Assembly (NCBI GenBank): GCA_964016885.1
Contig: OZ024757.1
Location: forward strand, 30,008,001 to 30,072,000
Reading direction: 5' to 3'
DNA from: Eledone cirrhosa
Taxonomy: Eukaryota
DNA: 64,000 bases
In this document: piece after piece, positions 1 through 15,902 of the stretch
Layout of the letters: each line of letters starts with the position of its first letter
How positions within the stretch are numbered: the first letter of the stretch is position 1
The notes under the pieces: model-generated
The model's input: only the letters and a program-made list of their open reading frames with translations
Told to the model about the DNA's origin: nothing
Database searches by the model: none
Translations under genes and position numbers: made by a program

Positions 1-1565
1 CGATTAAATAAATTACTGAAGAATTACAATTGCCGAATATATCTAATTAATTTTAATTAGTTTACACATGCTATAATCTATATATTTATCATACAGTATA
101 CTATAGCATCAAATATAAGTACAGCTAGCGTATGAGTAATTTACATAACATACCACACTACATTGCTGAAACTCATAAAGCATTCATATATGTATCTATG
201 AATGTATTTATGGTCCCGTAACTCCTGATAGAGTGGTAGGGGCGTCGTATTGGCATACGGCGTTTCTTGGGAATTTTAATCCCATCCCTCTCCAGCATGA
301 TTATAGCAGATTTCTTCCAGGGAAGGATAGAAAGTGAGAGAGAATAGAAATGAGAAAGAGATATAGAGGAAGAATCGACCCCAGTACTAGGCTGGTAATT
401 TTTGTATCGACCTCGAAAATGATGAAAGGTAAAGTTGACCTCAGCGGGATTTGAGAGCAGAGAGCAGGAACGATGATTCGGTTTAGGAATTATGTTTCGG
501 GTATACATATAATCACGTTAAGGTTACACTTATCTGTAGAATTGTGTTAGTGTTACATTGGTACACTTGTATGTAGAATTACTTTAGGTGTACACATTTC
601 TGTAACAAATGAATGCTCAGCATTGCAACTGACGTAGGACCCACTGCCATCGTATTCCACATGTTACCATACATTACAGACATTCTATATACGGCGACGA
701 ATTGGCATATTTATCGTGGTTAGAGCGCAGTATGCCTCGCAATATTTGTTCAGTCACTCAGCGTTCTAATCCCACCGAGGTCAGCTTTACTTATCAACCT
801 TTCTGAATGCTGTAAATCATGCGTGTGCTCCATCGGGGCTAACCTGACACTGAACAACAACAGCAACAAGAACAACAAAAAAAAACAACGACAACAACAA
901 GAATAGCAACAACAAAGGCAGCAACGACAGCAACAACAACGAGAGCAACAACAGCACGACAACAACAACAACGACAGCAACAACAACGACAGCAACAACA
1001 ATAACGACAACACCAGCTACGACAACAACAACAGCGACAGCAACAACAACGACAACAACAACAACAACAACAACACCAACGACAGCAACAACACCAACGA
1101 CAAAACCAGCAACACCGACAGCAACAACAGAAACAACAATAACAACAAACACGGCAACAACCACAAGAAACTCTTCAAGAATATTAAACAAAAATAAAAT
1201 AAGTGTTGAGAAGGACGACCAAGAAATTCTGAAATGGCTCTGAGGAGTTGATTGAAAATATTTCATATTTCATGAAGCAGAACTGCGTATGATAAATTCC
1301 TCAAGAGTTAAAACCAGAGAAGTTAAACGCAACGTGATGTGAGCTTTGTAGTTAGTCTTAATTAACTAAAAATATGTAATTAACGAAAAAATATCAGCGT
1401 ACGAAGGGTAGTTGTTGTACTGGCGAAACATACTTTCTCATTCTCCAACCGAAATTAAGTGGAGTTAAAATTGAAAAGCTAAATTTGGAACAAAATCAAA
1501 ACATAAAATCGAATTTATGAAGTAATGTAGATACACAGAAACGAAAGGTAATACGCAAATTGAAC

Positions 1566-1580
1566 ATATATACATATACA

Positions 1581-1623
<43 letters not shown>

Positions 1624-1888
1624 GTGTGTGTATGTGTGTATATATACATATATATATATATATATACGTGTGTGTATGTGTGTATATATACATATACATA
1701 TATATACATATATATACATATATGTATATATACATATATATACATATATGTATATATATATATATACATATATGTATATATATATATACATATATGTATA
1801 TATATATATATACATATATGTATATGTATATATATACATATATGTATATATATATATATACATATATGTATATATATATACATATATG

Positions 1889-1924
<36 letters not shown>

Positions 1925-1934
1925 CATATATGTA

Positions 1935-2004
<70 letters not shown>

Positions 2005-2054
2005 CATATATATACATACATATATGTATATATATATATATATACATATATGTA

Positions 2055-2088
<34 letters not shown>

Positions 2089-2316
2089 CATATATATATA
2101 CATATATATATATATACATATATATATACATATATATATATATACATATATATATACATATATATATATATACATATATATATACATATATATATATACA
2201 TATATATACATACATATATATATATATACATATATATACATACATATATAAATATATATATATATACATATATATACATACATATATGTATATATATATA
2301 TATATACATATATGTA

Positions 2317-2350
<34 letters not shown>

Positions 2351-2440
2351 CATATATATACATACATATATGAATATATATATATATATACATATATATA
2401 CATACATATATGTATATATATATATATATACATATATGTA

Positions 2441-2474
<34 letters not shown>

Positions 2475-2546
2475 CATATATATACATACATATATGAATA
2501 TATATATATACATACATATATGAATATATATATATATACATATATG

Positions 2547-2580
<34 letters not shown>

Positions 2581-2582
2581 CA

Positions 2583-2638
<56 letters not shown>

Positions 2639-2640
2639 TG

Positions 2641-2672
<32 letters not shown>

Positions 2673-2713
2673 CATATATGTATATATATATATATACATA
2701 TATGTATATATAC

Positions 2714-2746
<33 letters not shown>

Positions 2747-2771
2747 CATATATATACAAATATATATATAC

Positions 2772-2802
<31 letters not shown>

Positions 2803-2817
2803 CATATATATATATAC

Positions 2818-2886
<69 letters not shown>

Positions 2887-2894
2887 CATATATG

Positions 2895-2950
<56 letters not shown>

Positions 2951-3369
2951 CATATATACATACAGATATGAATATATATATATATATACATATATGTATA
3001 TATATATATACATATATATACATATATGAATATATATATATATATATACATATATGTATATATATATACATATATATACATATATGAATATATATATATA
3101 TATATACATATATGTATATATATATATATATATACATATATGAATATATATATATATATATACATATATGAATATATATATATATATATACATATATGTA
3201 TATATATATATATATACATATATGTATATATATATATACATATATATACATATATGTATATATATATATATACATATATATACATATATGTATATATATA
3301 TATATACATATATATACATATATATACATATATGTATATATACATATATATATATACATATATGTATAT

Positions 3370-3403
<34 letters not shown>

Positions 3404-3682
3404 ATATACATATATGTATATATATACATATATGTATATATATACATATATGTATATATATACATATATATGTATATATATACATATATGTATATATATA
3501 CATATATGTATATATATACATATATGTATATATATATATACATGTATATATGTATATATATGTATATATATATGTATATATATACATATATGTATATATA
3601 TATATATATATATACATATATATACATATACATATATATACATATACATATATATACATATACATATATATATACATATATG

Positions 3683-3713
<31 letters not shown>

Positions 3714-3798
3714 ATACATATACATATATATATACATATATGTATACATATATATACATATACATATATATACATATACATATATATATACATATATG

Positions 3799-3829
<31 letters not shown>

Positions 3830-4069
3830 ATACATATACATATATATATACATATATGTATATATATATATACATATACATATATATACATATACATATA
3901 TATATACATATATGTATATATATATATACATATATATACATATACATATATATACATATACATATATATATATATACATATATACATATATATACATATA
4001 CATATATATACATATACATATATATACATATACATATATATATATATATACATATATGTATATATATAC

Positions 4070-4150
<81 letters not shown>

Positions 4151-4172
4151 CATATATATATGTATACATATA

Positions 4173-4206
<34 letters not shown>

Positions 4207-4228
4207 CATATATATATATACATATACA

Positions 4229-4260
<32 letters not shown>

Positions 4261-4282
4261 CATATATATATATACATATACA

Positions 4283-4318
<36 letters not shown>

Positions 4319-4389
4319 CATATATGTATATATATATATATATACATATATGTAATATATATATATATATATATATACATATATATACA

Positions 4390-4437
<48 letters not shown>

Positions 4438-4669
4438 CATATATGTATATATATATATAACATATATATATATACATATATACATATATATATATACATA
4501 TACATATGTATATATATGTATATACATATATATATATATACATATATGTATATATATATATACATATATATATATACACATATATGTATATATATATATA
4601 CATATATATATATACATATACATATATATATATACATATACATATATATATATATACATATACATATAC

Positions 4670-4720
<51 letters not shown>

Positions 4721-4727
4721 CATATAC

Positions 4728-4759
<32 letters not shown>

Positions 4760-4875
4760 ACATATATATATATACATATACATATATATACATATATATA
4801 TATATACATATACATATATATACATATACATATATATACATATATGTATATATATATATGTATATATATATATAT
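1566..4875. repeat. 3.3-kb degenerate (TA)n/TACATATATG microsatellite array
   Basis: Direct inspection; it accounts for the 1000-aa Y/I ORFs. Similar arrays at 6160-6990, 13210-14070, 15290-16080, 21410-22130, 29330-30110, 33800-35240, 38230-40160 and 52597-53615. Confidence 0.97.
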
Positions 4876-4876
4876 C

Positions 4877-5602
4877 TCTGGCTACAATCAGAGAGATAGA
4901 ATCAGAGTGTATAAAGGAGCCAGAACCAAATGGGAAAAAATGGTAAATAATGACATAAATGGGACTTGCCCCTTGTATAGGAGCAAATTTTGGAATAGAA
5001 TAGAAAGAACTAGGAACAAGACAGATAGAATAAACTCATGGTATGATAGCAATAAATACCAGAGTGTAATGTTCATCAATACAACTCCTAGAGGCGAACT
5101 AGCCTACAAATTTAGAAGGGCCCTAAATAAACATAATCTCAATATTAAGATAGTAGAAAGACCTGGTACCTCCGTAAAAACACTTATTAGCAAGACATAC
5201 CCGTTCCAAAGACCCTCATGTATAGATAAGAAATGTATAACCTGTAAAATAAGCCCCCATATTAACTGTAAAACTAGAAATGTAGTGTATAGCATAAGAT
5301 GTACTGAAGGACAATGTAGAAACAAAAATATAGTGTACATAGGTGAGACAGCTCGTAGTATAGGGGAACGAATAAATGAACACTGGCGAGACCTCCAAGA
5401 TAATAAAGAATCATCTGTGCTCTACCAACATGCTAAGATAGAACACAGGGGTAGATTAGAGAGCATAGAAATAAAAATAGAATCCACGCACAGAAAAGAC
5501 GCAATGTTTAGGCAAATTACAGAGGCAGTAAGCATAAAAGAATTAAAACCAAAATTAAATAGAAAATATGAGTGGAACAGCAACATCACAACTTACAATT
5601 AA
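4877..5602 (+). mobile_element. 5'-truncated Penelope-like retroelement ORF (RT thumb, Cys-rich linker, GIY-YIG endonuclease), Neptune-like
   Basis: Uninterrupted frame directly after a (TA)n array: SGY...PLYRSKFWN...[14 protein letters not shown]...IKIVERPG, linker CIDKKCITC...NC, then NVVYSIRC...[17 protein letters not shown]...HAKIEH...ITEA...KPKLN stop. This matches the GIY-YIG motif order typical of PLEs. The clade call is from motif recall, not a search. Confidence 0.9.
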
Positions 5603-6160
5603 GGACAAAATAAAAACACACACACACATAGAACAAACAACTTACAATTGAAAACACACACAAAATGAAAACACACACAGGACAAAATGAAAACACACAC
5701 ACACATAGAACAAACAACCAACCAACAATAAATAAATAAATAAATAAATAAATAAACAAATAGATAAATGAACACAAACACACACCCGGATGTGGCGCAT
5801 GCGCAAACTGAGCACACAACACACACACAGAAACAAAATGGCGTAGGATAGAAGAAAGGAAAGGCTCAGAAACAAAGAAGGAATCCCCAGTCACTGAAGA
5901 GGTCACAGAGTGTGTGACGAAAGAACTATGACTATATATAAACAACTATCTGGTTGTGGAACCAACCAACCAACCAGAAATTTATAAGTTTATAGATTTG
6001 TAAATTTATAAATTTATAAATATATAATAAATTGAAGTGAAAGCAACTGGTGCGTGTGTTTCTTATTGGCAACATGACCCTCCCAAAGTATAACAATATC
6101 GGTTTCAACACACGATTTCAGATAAAGAATCTTGCTAAACAAATTCAGAAACGAAATACA
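5603..6160 (+). mobile_element. PLE pseudo-LTR/3' region with hammerhead, followed by the probable start of the next unit (ATG 6074, [24 protein letters not shown])
   Basis: Follows the GIY-YIG stop codon. Homologous segments recur at 22572-22750, 37240-37490 and 48375-48442. Ends in a TA-rich array. Confidence 0.7.
5889..5933 (+). ncRNA. Minimal type I hammerhead ribozyme (PLE-associated)
   Basis: Stem I AGTCA(5889-93)/TGACT(5929-33); core CTGAAGA 5894-5900; stem II GTCACA(5902-07)/TGTGAC(5913-18); GAAA 5919-22; minimal stem III GAAC; UH = TA at 5927-28. Confidence 0.8.
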
Positions 6161-6440
6161 TATATATATTTACACATATATATATATATATACAAATATA
6201 CATGTATATATATATATATTTACATATATACATGTATATATATATATATATTTACATATATACATGTATATATATATATATTTACATATATATATTTACA
6301 CATATATATACAAATATACATGTATATATATATATATATATCTTTACGTATATATATATATTTACATATATATATATATTTACATATATATATATATTTA
6401 CATATATATATATATATATATTTACATATATATATCTTTA

Positions 6441-6479
<39 letters not shown>

Positions 6480-7528
6480 TTACATATATATATTTACAGA
6501 CATATATATATACATATTTATACATACATATATTTACATATATATATTTACAGACATATATATATATATATTTATACATACATATATATATATATTTATA
6601 CATACATATACATATATTTATACATACATATACATACATATATATATATTTATATACATACATATACATATATTTATACATACATATACATACATATATA
6701 TATATTTATTTACGTACATATATATATATTTACTTATATATATATTTACACATATATATTTACACACATAAATATATATATTTACACACATATATATATA
6801 TATTTACACACACATATATATATATACACATATATATATATATTTACACACACATATATATATATACACATATATATATATATTTACACACATACATACA
6901 TACATACATACATACATACATACATACATACATACATACATACATACATACATACATACATACATACATACATACATACATACACATACCATTGACGTCG
7001 GTCTTGCTAACTTATGTCAGCTGCAGAATTTTTATTGTTGTCGTCTGTTTTATCTCGTGTGCACTTTCGTTTGCTTATTTCTTTGCGCGTTTTTTCAACT
7101 CCATCTTTTCAGGCTGTTATATATTTTTGCAGTTTATGTTTTGTTTCTCTTTTGTTCTGTACTTATTTTTCTGTTTGGGATGTTTTTTCGCCATTTTAAG
7201 CTTAATCCCATCGGCTTATATGTTTTTATACATTCCTTTCCAATAAGTGAACATAGCCCGAATATTTCATTTATATGCGCTGCCTGATGTTTTTGTTTTT
7301 CATCTACAGTAATTGAAGACAAAATTGTAGAGTTGATTTAAAAAAAAGAATGGCCAAATCTCGTACGTTCTAAAATATCCCACAGCAGTTTTCGTAAATC
7401 TTGATTAGATTTGCATTTTAAAGTTAGTTGTGTTAGTCTTCTCTGCGTTTGTGTGCATTTTATATATATAATGCTCATCACATATATATTTATATATACA
7501 TAGATATATATAATGCTCATCACATATA

Positions 7529-7574
<46 letters not shown>

Positions 7575-8024
7575 TGTAAACATGCAAAAATATATACTTA
7601 AACAAGATTATACATACACCCATTGTGTGTAACTATGGTCATGTTTATATATTTCTATATAAAAATATGACACATACAAAATCTTTCCCTTTTAATCTGC
7701 TCCACACTGATCAGGGGATATGTATACAAGTACATCTGTATAATATGTATTTACATTTATACTACATTTCCATTGGTTTATTTCCTAACTTCATTAGGTG
7801 TATTATTTCTTATTTTTATGTATCTATGTAGTCTCAGATGGGTTTCGAACTTGAAACCTTTATTCTACACCAAGAATAATAATATTTCTGTGATTGTAAT
7901 TTCCCCAAAGATGGGCCTTATTTTTAGTGTATACTTTTTAAAGATATTTAGACCTACATCTAAGGCGACAAATTGGATGTTTTGCGGTATTCAGGAGTTA
8001 CGAGTCCATTCATATATGAATAGA

Positions 8025-8330
8025 GGCAGCGAGTTGGCAGAGTTGTTAGAAAATCAGATAAGAATGCTTTGTGGTATGGTTTTCGTTCCGGTTCTCTGCT
8101 CTCTGAATTCAAATCCGTGGAGATCAACTTTGCCTTTCATCCATTCAAGATCGATAACAAGTAAGAGTCGAGTACAGAAGCCAATTCTTCCTATATAATT
8201 CTTTCTCATTTCCATTCTCTCACTCTCTACCTTTCTCGGGAAGAAATTTGCTGTATTCAGACCTGGAGATGAGATGGGCTCCGCCAGGTTTTAAAATGCC
8301 CTAGAGAGAAACTCCATTCGTTAATACAGT
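8025..8330 (+). mobile_element. SINE-A head/body joined through a CT-rich tract to a second conserved domain (also 255-480 -, 60949-61245 +, 61860-61930 -)
   Basis: Shared GGAAG.AAT..GCTGT.TTCAGACCTGG..A..GATG.GCT.C.C.AGGTTT.AAAATGCC segment after CT-rich DNA. Confidence 0.6.
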
Positions 8331-9466
8331 GACCCTACGACCCTCTCAGTCGTTACAGGGCCATGCTTTCCATGCAAATCTACATCTAATCTGAATTGGG
8401 AAAGTTGTCAGAGCATCGGATTAGCAGCTGAGGCCTTAGTTTCAGTTCTCTGCATTCGAAGATCAAATTTGGCCGAAATCAATATTAAATTAATTCCTTT
8501 CAGTGTCAATAAATAAAGATCCAGTCAATAGGCGGTGGATTAGAGTAATTATAAAAGCGTCGGATGGAATAATTTGCGGTGAATCAGATTCGGTTCTGTG
8601 CATTCTGAATTCAAATCCCGCCTCCTGTCATCGAACAATCAGTGACGTTTGTGTCAGGAGTTACAACCGGCAGATAACATCAACTCTGGAAAGTCTAATG
8701 GAATCAATTATAGTTTTCTTGATCTGATCTAGCGATCGGCTTTTGACCTATAGTTTTACACCTACACCTAATTTTCGATGGAAGTTCATAATCATCGAGT
8801 GCCTTATACTAGCCTAAGACTGAAATGGAATTAATAACATTTTCTCTAAGAAGTGGAGATGGGAGTTGGAAGGTCTAAACGAAGGGTGACTATATTCTTA
8901 TATATTAGTGCAGTGACTTCACTGAAACCTTCAATCGAACGACATAATCAAATATGCTTGATAGTATTAATAATAATTAACTAATTAATTAATTAGCTAA
9001 TTATTTATTTAATTATTTCGTCAATTAATAGAATCATAGCTAGAAACAATAGCTTTTGTCAGCTGATAGTCGTACAAATCTCAACCGTTGTCTAGTGTCC
9101 AATTAATTTTGGTTTCAACTAAATTAGAAACAACAATATGAACTGGCAGTAAATATCGAACTGGCTGTAAATATCGAACTGGCTTTCTTCCAAGTATCTT
9201 ATATTAAATGTGTATTGGATACGAGTGGCACTTAGAGTGGAAACTGCTGACTACGAGACTCGCTTTTATATATATATATATATATATATATTTAGAGAGA
9301 GAGAGAGAGAGAGATAGAGAGAGAGAGATAGAGAGAGAGAAAGAGAGTGAGAGAGAGTGAGAGAGATAGAGATGTGTGTGTGTGTGTGTGTATATATAAT
9401 ATATATATATACATATATGTATATATTTAGAGAGAGAGAGATGTATATATATATATCTATATATTT

Positions 9467-9501
<35 letters not shown>

Positions 9502-9778
9502 CACACACATTATACATACATACATACATATAAATATATCCATATATAATTCTATAGTGGGACTTCATACATAAGGATACTTTGATAGATATGACAGACA
9601 TGAGAAGTGGCGTTATTAGTTATGAGTTTGTGCAGTCTTAATATATTAGATATGGAATTTCATTTAATTCGCGTAGGGTGGACCTTTGTATGAAAATACT
9701 TGGCTATGACTGTCTCTCCATATTTAATATACTATATTGGATTTAAATGACACTCGATTATTAATTATCTGCAATAAT

Positions 9779-9963
9779 TGTTTCTACTTTAGGCACAAGG
9801 CCAGCAATTACCCAGTGCATTACTGGTACTTTATTTTATCGACCCCGTAAGGATGAAAGGCAAAGTCAACCTCGGCGGGATTTGAACTCAGATCGTAAAG
9901 GGACGTAACTATGCTGGAAAGCATGGCGTCCGATCCTCTACCGATACTGCCAATCCACCGCCC
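9779..9963 (-). mobile_element. tRNA-derived SINE family A, full length
   Basis: Head GGGCGGTGGATTGGCAG, B-box GAGTTCAAATCCC, body CTTTCATCCTTACGGGGTCGATAAAATAAAGTACCAG. 20-nt direct repeat TATTAATTATCTGCAATAAT at 9759-78 and 9964-83. Confidence 0.9.
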
Positions 9964-10303
9964 TATTAATTATCTGCAATAATGCGACACTATTATAATC
10001 CAATGCACATGCTAACACACACAAACAGAAAGACAAAATTGTTAGCAGCATGTAGCGGCACAAAGACACGAGTTAAAATATACACAACACCAACACAAAT
10101 GAAAATTGAATTTGAAAAACTACTCATAGTTAAACCGGTTAGTGCAAAAATAAATTAGGTAATTATGTTTATTATTGTAAACCCACGTATTGCTTTTAAA
10201 TATGAATCGATTTCTTGTGGTTGTGTACTGTTTATTTGCATGTATATATAATAAAACATTAGATACACCTTCAAGTCCATATTATTTTCTCTATCTCCCT
10301 CTA

Positions 10304-10437
<134 letters not shown>

Positions 10438-10440
10438 CAA

Positions 10441-10510
10441 TTTCATCTGATGAACGAACTAGGCGTTTCTGTTAGAATCGTCTAACTTCGTGAAACCTTG
10501 GGTAATGGAA
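10441..10510 (+). ncRNA. Type I hammerhead ribozyme
   Basis: Stem I TTTCAT/ATGGAA (one G-U); CTGATGA 10447-53; stem II ACGAA/TTCGT extended by TAGGCG/CGTCTA; GAAA 10492-95; stem III ACC-TTG-GGT; GUA cleavage triplet ending at 10504. Confidence 0.8.
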
Positions 10511-10588
10511 TAATTATATTGTGTTGTTTATTTTTTAATTAAGTATCCCTCTTCTTTCCTTTACCTCTTCTACGGAAATACTTAACTA

Positions 10589-10680
<92 letters not shown>

Positions 10681-10873
10681 AGGCGTGTGGCTGATTGGTT
10701 AGAGAACTGGATTCGCAATCGTGAGGCGATGCGTTATATCCTTGAGCAAGACACTTTATTTCACGTTGCTCCTTCTACCTGGAGTTGCGACTGATAGATA
10801 GTATTAACAATTGGGAAGACCAACGGAAACATTGTTTCCTCGGTCCGATTTGACAAAAGCCGATCGTTCCTTT

Positions 10874-10904
<31 letters not shown>

Positions 10905-10930
10905 CATACATACATACATACATACATACA

Positions 10931-11193
10931 TGGTGGCTGCCAACTCGTTTTCGAGTACGGCCACTACTTTATATCCATGTAGGAGAACCCCTACCGATGC
11001 GCTGAACGAGTGTGGTTTTTTTAGTCCAGCCAGCGACTTGAAAACTCTGGTACAAACACTACACTTGTGACAATTATTGACACATAGTGCTGGGCCCATG
11101 GTACCATGTGACAAGTGCAGAGAGATCTCCAGATATAAAGCAATGCCTGTGCCGTGAAGCTTTTATAGTGAGCAAAGGCACTGCACAAAGCCA
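10931..11193 (-). mobile_element. 5'-truncated copy of the RTE-derived retroposon
   Basis: Matches the last ~265 nt of 24638-25246; embedded in (TACA)n. Confidence 0.8.
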
Positions 11194-12442
11194 TACATAC
11201 ATACATGTGTGTGTGTGTGCGTCGTAAAGTACACAATATACTACACTATACAGCATGTATTCCATATTTCTATCCCATATTTCATTTAAAACTGAAGGCT
11301 ACAGTTCTATATATCATGACAGTATACATGACCGAGAACTAGAGTTATGTATGACATCTCTACCCACTACACCAGGTGATAAAAACATTTAAGGCCCATG
11401 ATCGTCTGAGTTCAAACTTGCCTTTTATCCTTATGGAGTCGATAAAATAAAGTACCAGTAATGCACTGGGATAATTGCTGGCCTTGTACCAGAAGTAGAA
11501 ACAATTATATTACACAAAACCATACACAAACCCTGACGGTACGCTATCACACAACAGCGTATCAAATGTTGGCGCATCAATTTCATATATTTACACAGCC
11601 TCGTTCTAAAATATTGTATCTTAGACATTTACATAATTATGCTCATTAATAAATATATAAAGAAATAATTATTATTATTGTATGGATAATACCCAAGTGT
11701 TTGAATGTTTACACATATTCCACGTAGATCTATCTTTCATTAATGTGTGTTCATTATGTACATATATATATATATGGATGGATGTATTATATTACATTAT
11801 ATTATATTATATCATATCATATATATTATATTTGTTTTATTATCACATATAATCAGGTTATCCGCTATAATTTTCACCTAATATAACAACAAAATCTCAG
11901 CTGAGGAATGTGATGTAGTCAATGTTTTGTGTTAGAGTAGTTTCTACTCTCGTTTTAAATGTCCGCCATTCATGTCATAGTGAACTGGAGATGTGAATGG
12001 ATATGTCACACTAATACAAAATACAAAGTGATAAAATAGTATATATATAAGGATTAATAAAAAAATAAAAAAAAACAATATCCCGAAAGATATAATTTAC
12101 TGTGTGTTTGTTGTAATCGTCCCTAGTGTAAGCAGAACTGAGATGTCATCAGATATTTGATTAAAGAGCCGCGCGTTTACATTCCCCAAAGACAACGTAA
12201 CTCAGCACAATCTCGTCACTTAGCATATATTATATGAAAAAAATAAACGATGAACAATAAACAAACACGCATACACATATAATACATACACGTGTTCAAT
12301 GAAACGTTTGGAAGAAAAGTTGTTCTATATCTGTACAAACATACATGCATATATTAAACTTATGGCAAAATCTAAGTATTAGAGACAAATGTATGTATGT
12401 ATGTATGTATGTATGTATGTATGTGTGCGTGTACACATACAC

Positions 12443-12489
<47 letters not shown>

Positions 12490-12686
12490 AAGATGAATAT
12501 AAAATGAAAGTGCTTTTTTTTAAAAGGAATTCATTAGGTATTATATATGAGTTAAAATCTCGTCGAGATTTGCTCTGCCTTTCATCCTTACAGGGTCGAT
12601 AAAATAAAAAGTACTAGTCACACGCAGGGGTCGATTCAATCAATTTCCCCCACCCCCTTCAAATTAATGACCTTGTGCCAAAGCAA

Positions 12687-12722
<36 letters not shown>

Positions 12723-12723
12723 A

Positions 12724-12790
12724 AGAAGATCCCGTTAAGGGTGAAAGCAGCGATTCTTTGCTTGAACTTTAATCTGTTATTTTAATAAAT
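12724..12790 (+). repeat. Truncated second copy of the 35412 hammerhead-like element, between (TA)n runs
   Basis: AGAAGATCCCGTTAAGGGTGAAAGCAGCGATTCTTTGCTT(G/A)AACTTTAATCTGTTATTTTAATAAAT is shared with 35418-35484. Confidence 0.85.
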
Positions 12791-12940
12791 AAATATATAT
12801 ATATATATATATATAATATTGACAATCCGTCAAATACGATATAGGAAATAACTTATGGTAACCATGACGTACAGTGCTTACGTTTGATTACACCAACGTC
12901 GGCCGATTACTTGATCAACCAACACACATTACTTGGAATA

Positions 12941-13025
<85 letters not shown>

Positions 13026-13207
13026 CTGTAGGATAAACAGTTTTACACAAACCAATATCGTTTGGCCGGTCTCCACATTGGTTGATTGTATACGTCAGCG
13101 ATATGGAAAGGTATGGATAACTATTATAGAGTGCATTTGTTTGTGTGTGAATTCCTCTTTAATTTTGAACTATATGTGTAAGTATATATTTATGTCAGAC
13201 ACAGAGC

Positions 13208-13265
<58 letters not shown>

Positions 13266-13386
13266 ATTGAAATCATGGTGATTCTCAACGGATTGTTCAT
13301 GAGACAGATGTTCCTGTTTGTCTGTTTCATCAGATCTAGTGCCTGTGGTTCTACTTGTCTGACACACATATATATATATATGACAC

Positions 13387-13456
<70 letters not shown>

Positions 13457-13750
13457 ATGTGTGCATGTAATATTTATATCTATATAGATAGATATAGATA
13501 TATATATGTATACATATAAAAATATACATATATATGCATACATACACATATGTACATATATATATACATATATACATACACACACACATATTTATATATA
13601 TATGTATACATATATACATACACACACACATATATATATATATATGTATACATATATACATACACACACACATATATATATATATACACTTATATATATG
13701 CATATGTATATATATATATATATATATGCATATATATATATATATCTATA

Positions 13751-13791
<41 letters not shown>

Positions 13792-13794
13792 ATA

Positions 13795-13878
<84 letters not shown>

Positions 13879-14783
13879 ATAAATATATATTATAAATATA
13901 AATATGTGCGTGTGTATATATATATATATATTTAGATATATATATATATTAAATAAATATATATATAATATATCTGTAATACACACATATGTATATAATA
14001 TTTATATGTGTATTATATATTTATACATAATATATATAATACACACATACATATATAATATATATATATATGAGTGTACGTATGCTTATATATGCATACT
14101 AGTGGTGTGTTTGTGTTGTTTATGTTTACGTCTGATATTTTTCCTAGACTTCATTAAAGCAGACGATATTTCAAAAACACCATGAAATGTCCACATAAGT
14201 TGATGCGAGTAATCCATCACATTTATATATGATAATTTGGTTGTGTTGCTATAAATCTATAGACTATGCATCTCTTGAATCTCTTTGTCTATTGCTAACG
14301 GCTTTGCGTGCCTATTATTAAATTTAACAATTATCATTTGCTAATTTCTAGTTTCTCACTACCACAACGATGATTTTATTTTCATTCTTATTGGTGGGGG
14401 TTGCTACTGTTTTCGTTGTTGTTCGCTTGCTTGCTTGTTTGATTTGTAGCTTGTTTTGTTTTATTTTTAATATCAGACATTTAAAATTTCTTTCGTTCTA
14501 TATAACAGACATAATCGTATTACGAAGTATTATGTCGTCTCCAGTAAATATTTTATGACTAGACTTTAATTATAAATAAAATATTTTTACAGATTTATAT
14601 ATTTTATATATATATATATATTTTGGTTATAGAAAAACTGTAGAATTTTGGTTGTATTATACCTATGTTATAGATGAGTTATTACTTTATTGTCATTCAG
14701 CATGGTTATGGAGATATGTACGTATATATATATTGTTTTATAACTATACATTGTTTGATTGATAGGTAGATGGCTGGATGGAT

Positions 14784-14832
<49 letters not shown>

Positions 14833-15355
14833 GAGAGAGAGTGAGAGATAGAGAGTTAGATAGAGAGATAGAGAGTTAGAGAGAGAGAGTTAGAGAGAGA
14901 GAGAGAGAGAGAGAGTTAGAGAGAGAGAGGGGGTTAGATAGATGGGGAAAAGACAGAGAGAGAGATAGAGAAACAATTTTAATCAATACAATAATATCGA
15001 TCATAGTGTCTGGTAACCGCTCGATAATAAAATAGTTGTGAAAAGAATCGGACAGAGTGTACACATAGAGTTTAATATTAACTAGACAAACAATGGCCGA
15101 GATTGAGGAGTAGTAGCCAGCAATATCCAGTTGGATAAAGCTGGTCCTACTTTTCTCAGGTAATATCGTAAAACCATTCTGTTACCTCTCGTGTGCATGA
15201 CCATTGCTGTAATCTAGTTTTTTTTTCCGAAGCTTAGCCAAAATCCTATCTAGTATGCTGTTACTGACGATCCCTAAGTCTGATCTGATACATATATTTA
15301 TATATAAATATATATATATTTATTTATATATATTTATATATATTTTATATATATT

Positions 15356-15390
<35 letters not shown>

Positions 15391-15426
15391 ATATTATATA
15401 TTATATATTATTTCTATATATATTAT

Positions 15427-15457
<31 letters not shown>

Positions 15458-15474
15458 ATATTTATATATATATT

Positions 15475-15527
<53 letters not shown>

Positions 15528-15602
15528 ATATATTATATACTATATATATATATTTATATATATATATATATTATATATAGTATATATATATTTATATATA
15601 TT

Positions 15603-15633
<31 letters not shown>

Positions 15634-15668
15634 TTATATATATATATATATATTTATATATACTATAC

Positions 15669-15704
<36 letters not shown>

Positions 15705-15768
15705 ATATATATATATTTATATTATATATATATATTTATATATTATATATATATATATATTATATATT

Positions 15769-15799
<31 letters not shown>

Positions 15800-15847
15800 A
15801 TATTAATATATATATATATATTATATATATATATATTATATATATAT

Positions 15848-15902
<55 letters not shown>

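Noticed and set aside
1465-4841. 1100-aa Y/I/M/C-rich ORFs (and similar ones throughout)
   Set aside because: Translation of TA-based microsatellites, open in nearly all frames; no protein signal.
13030-13105. Minus-strand CTGACGT...hairpin...AAAAC motif
   Set aside because: Both core halves deviate from CUGANGA/GAAA, so it cannot be supported.
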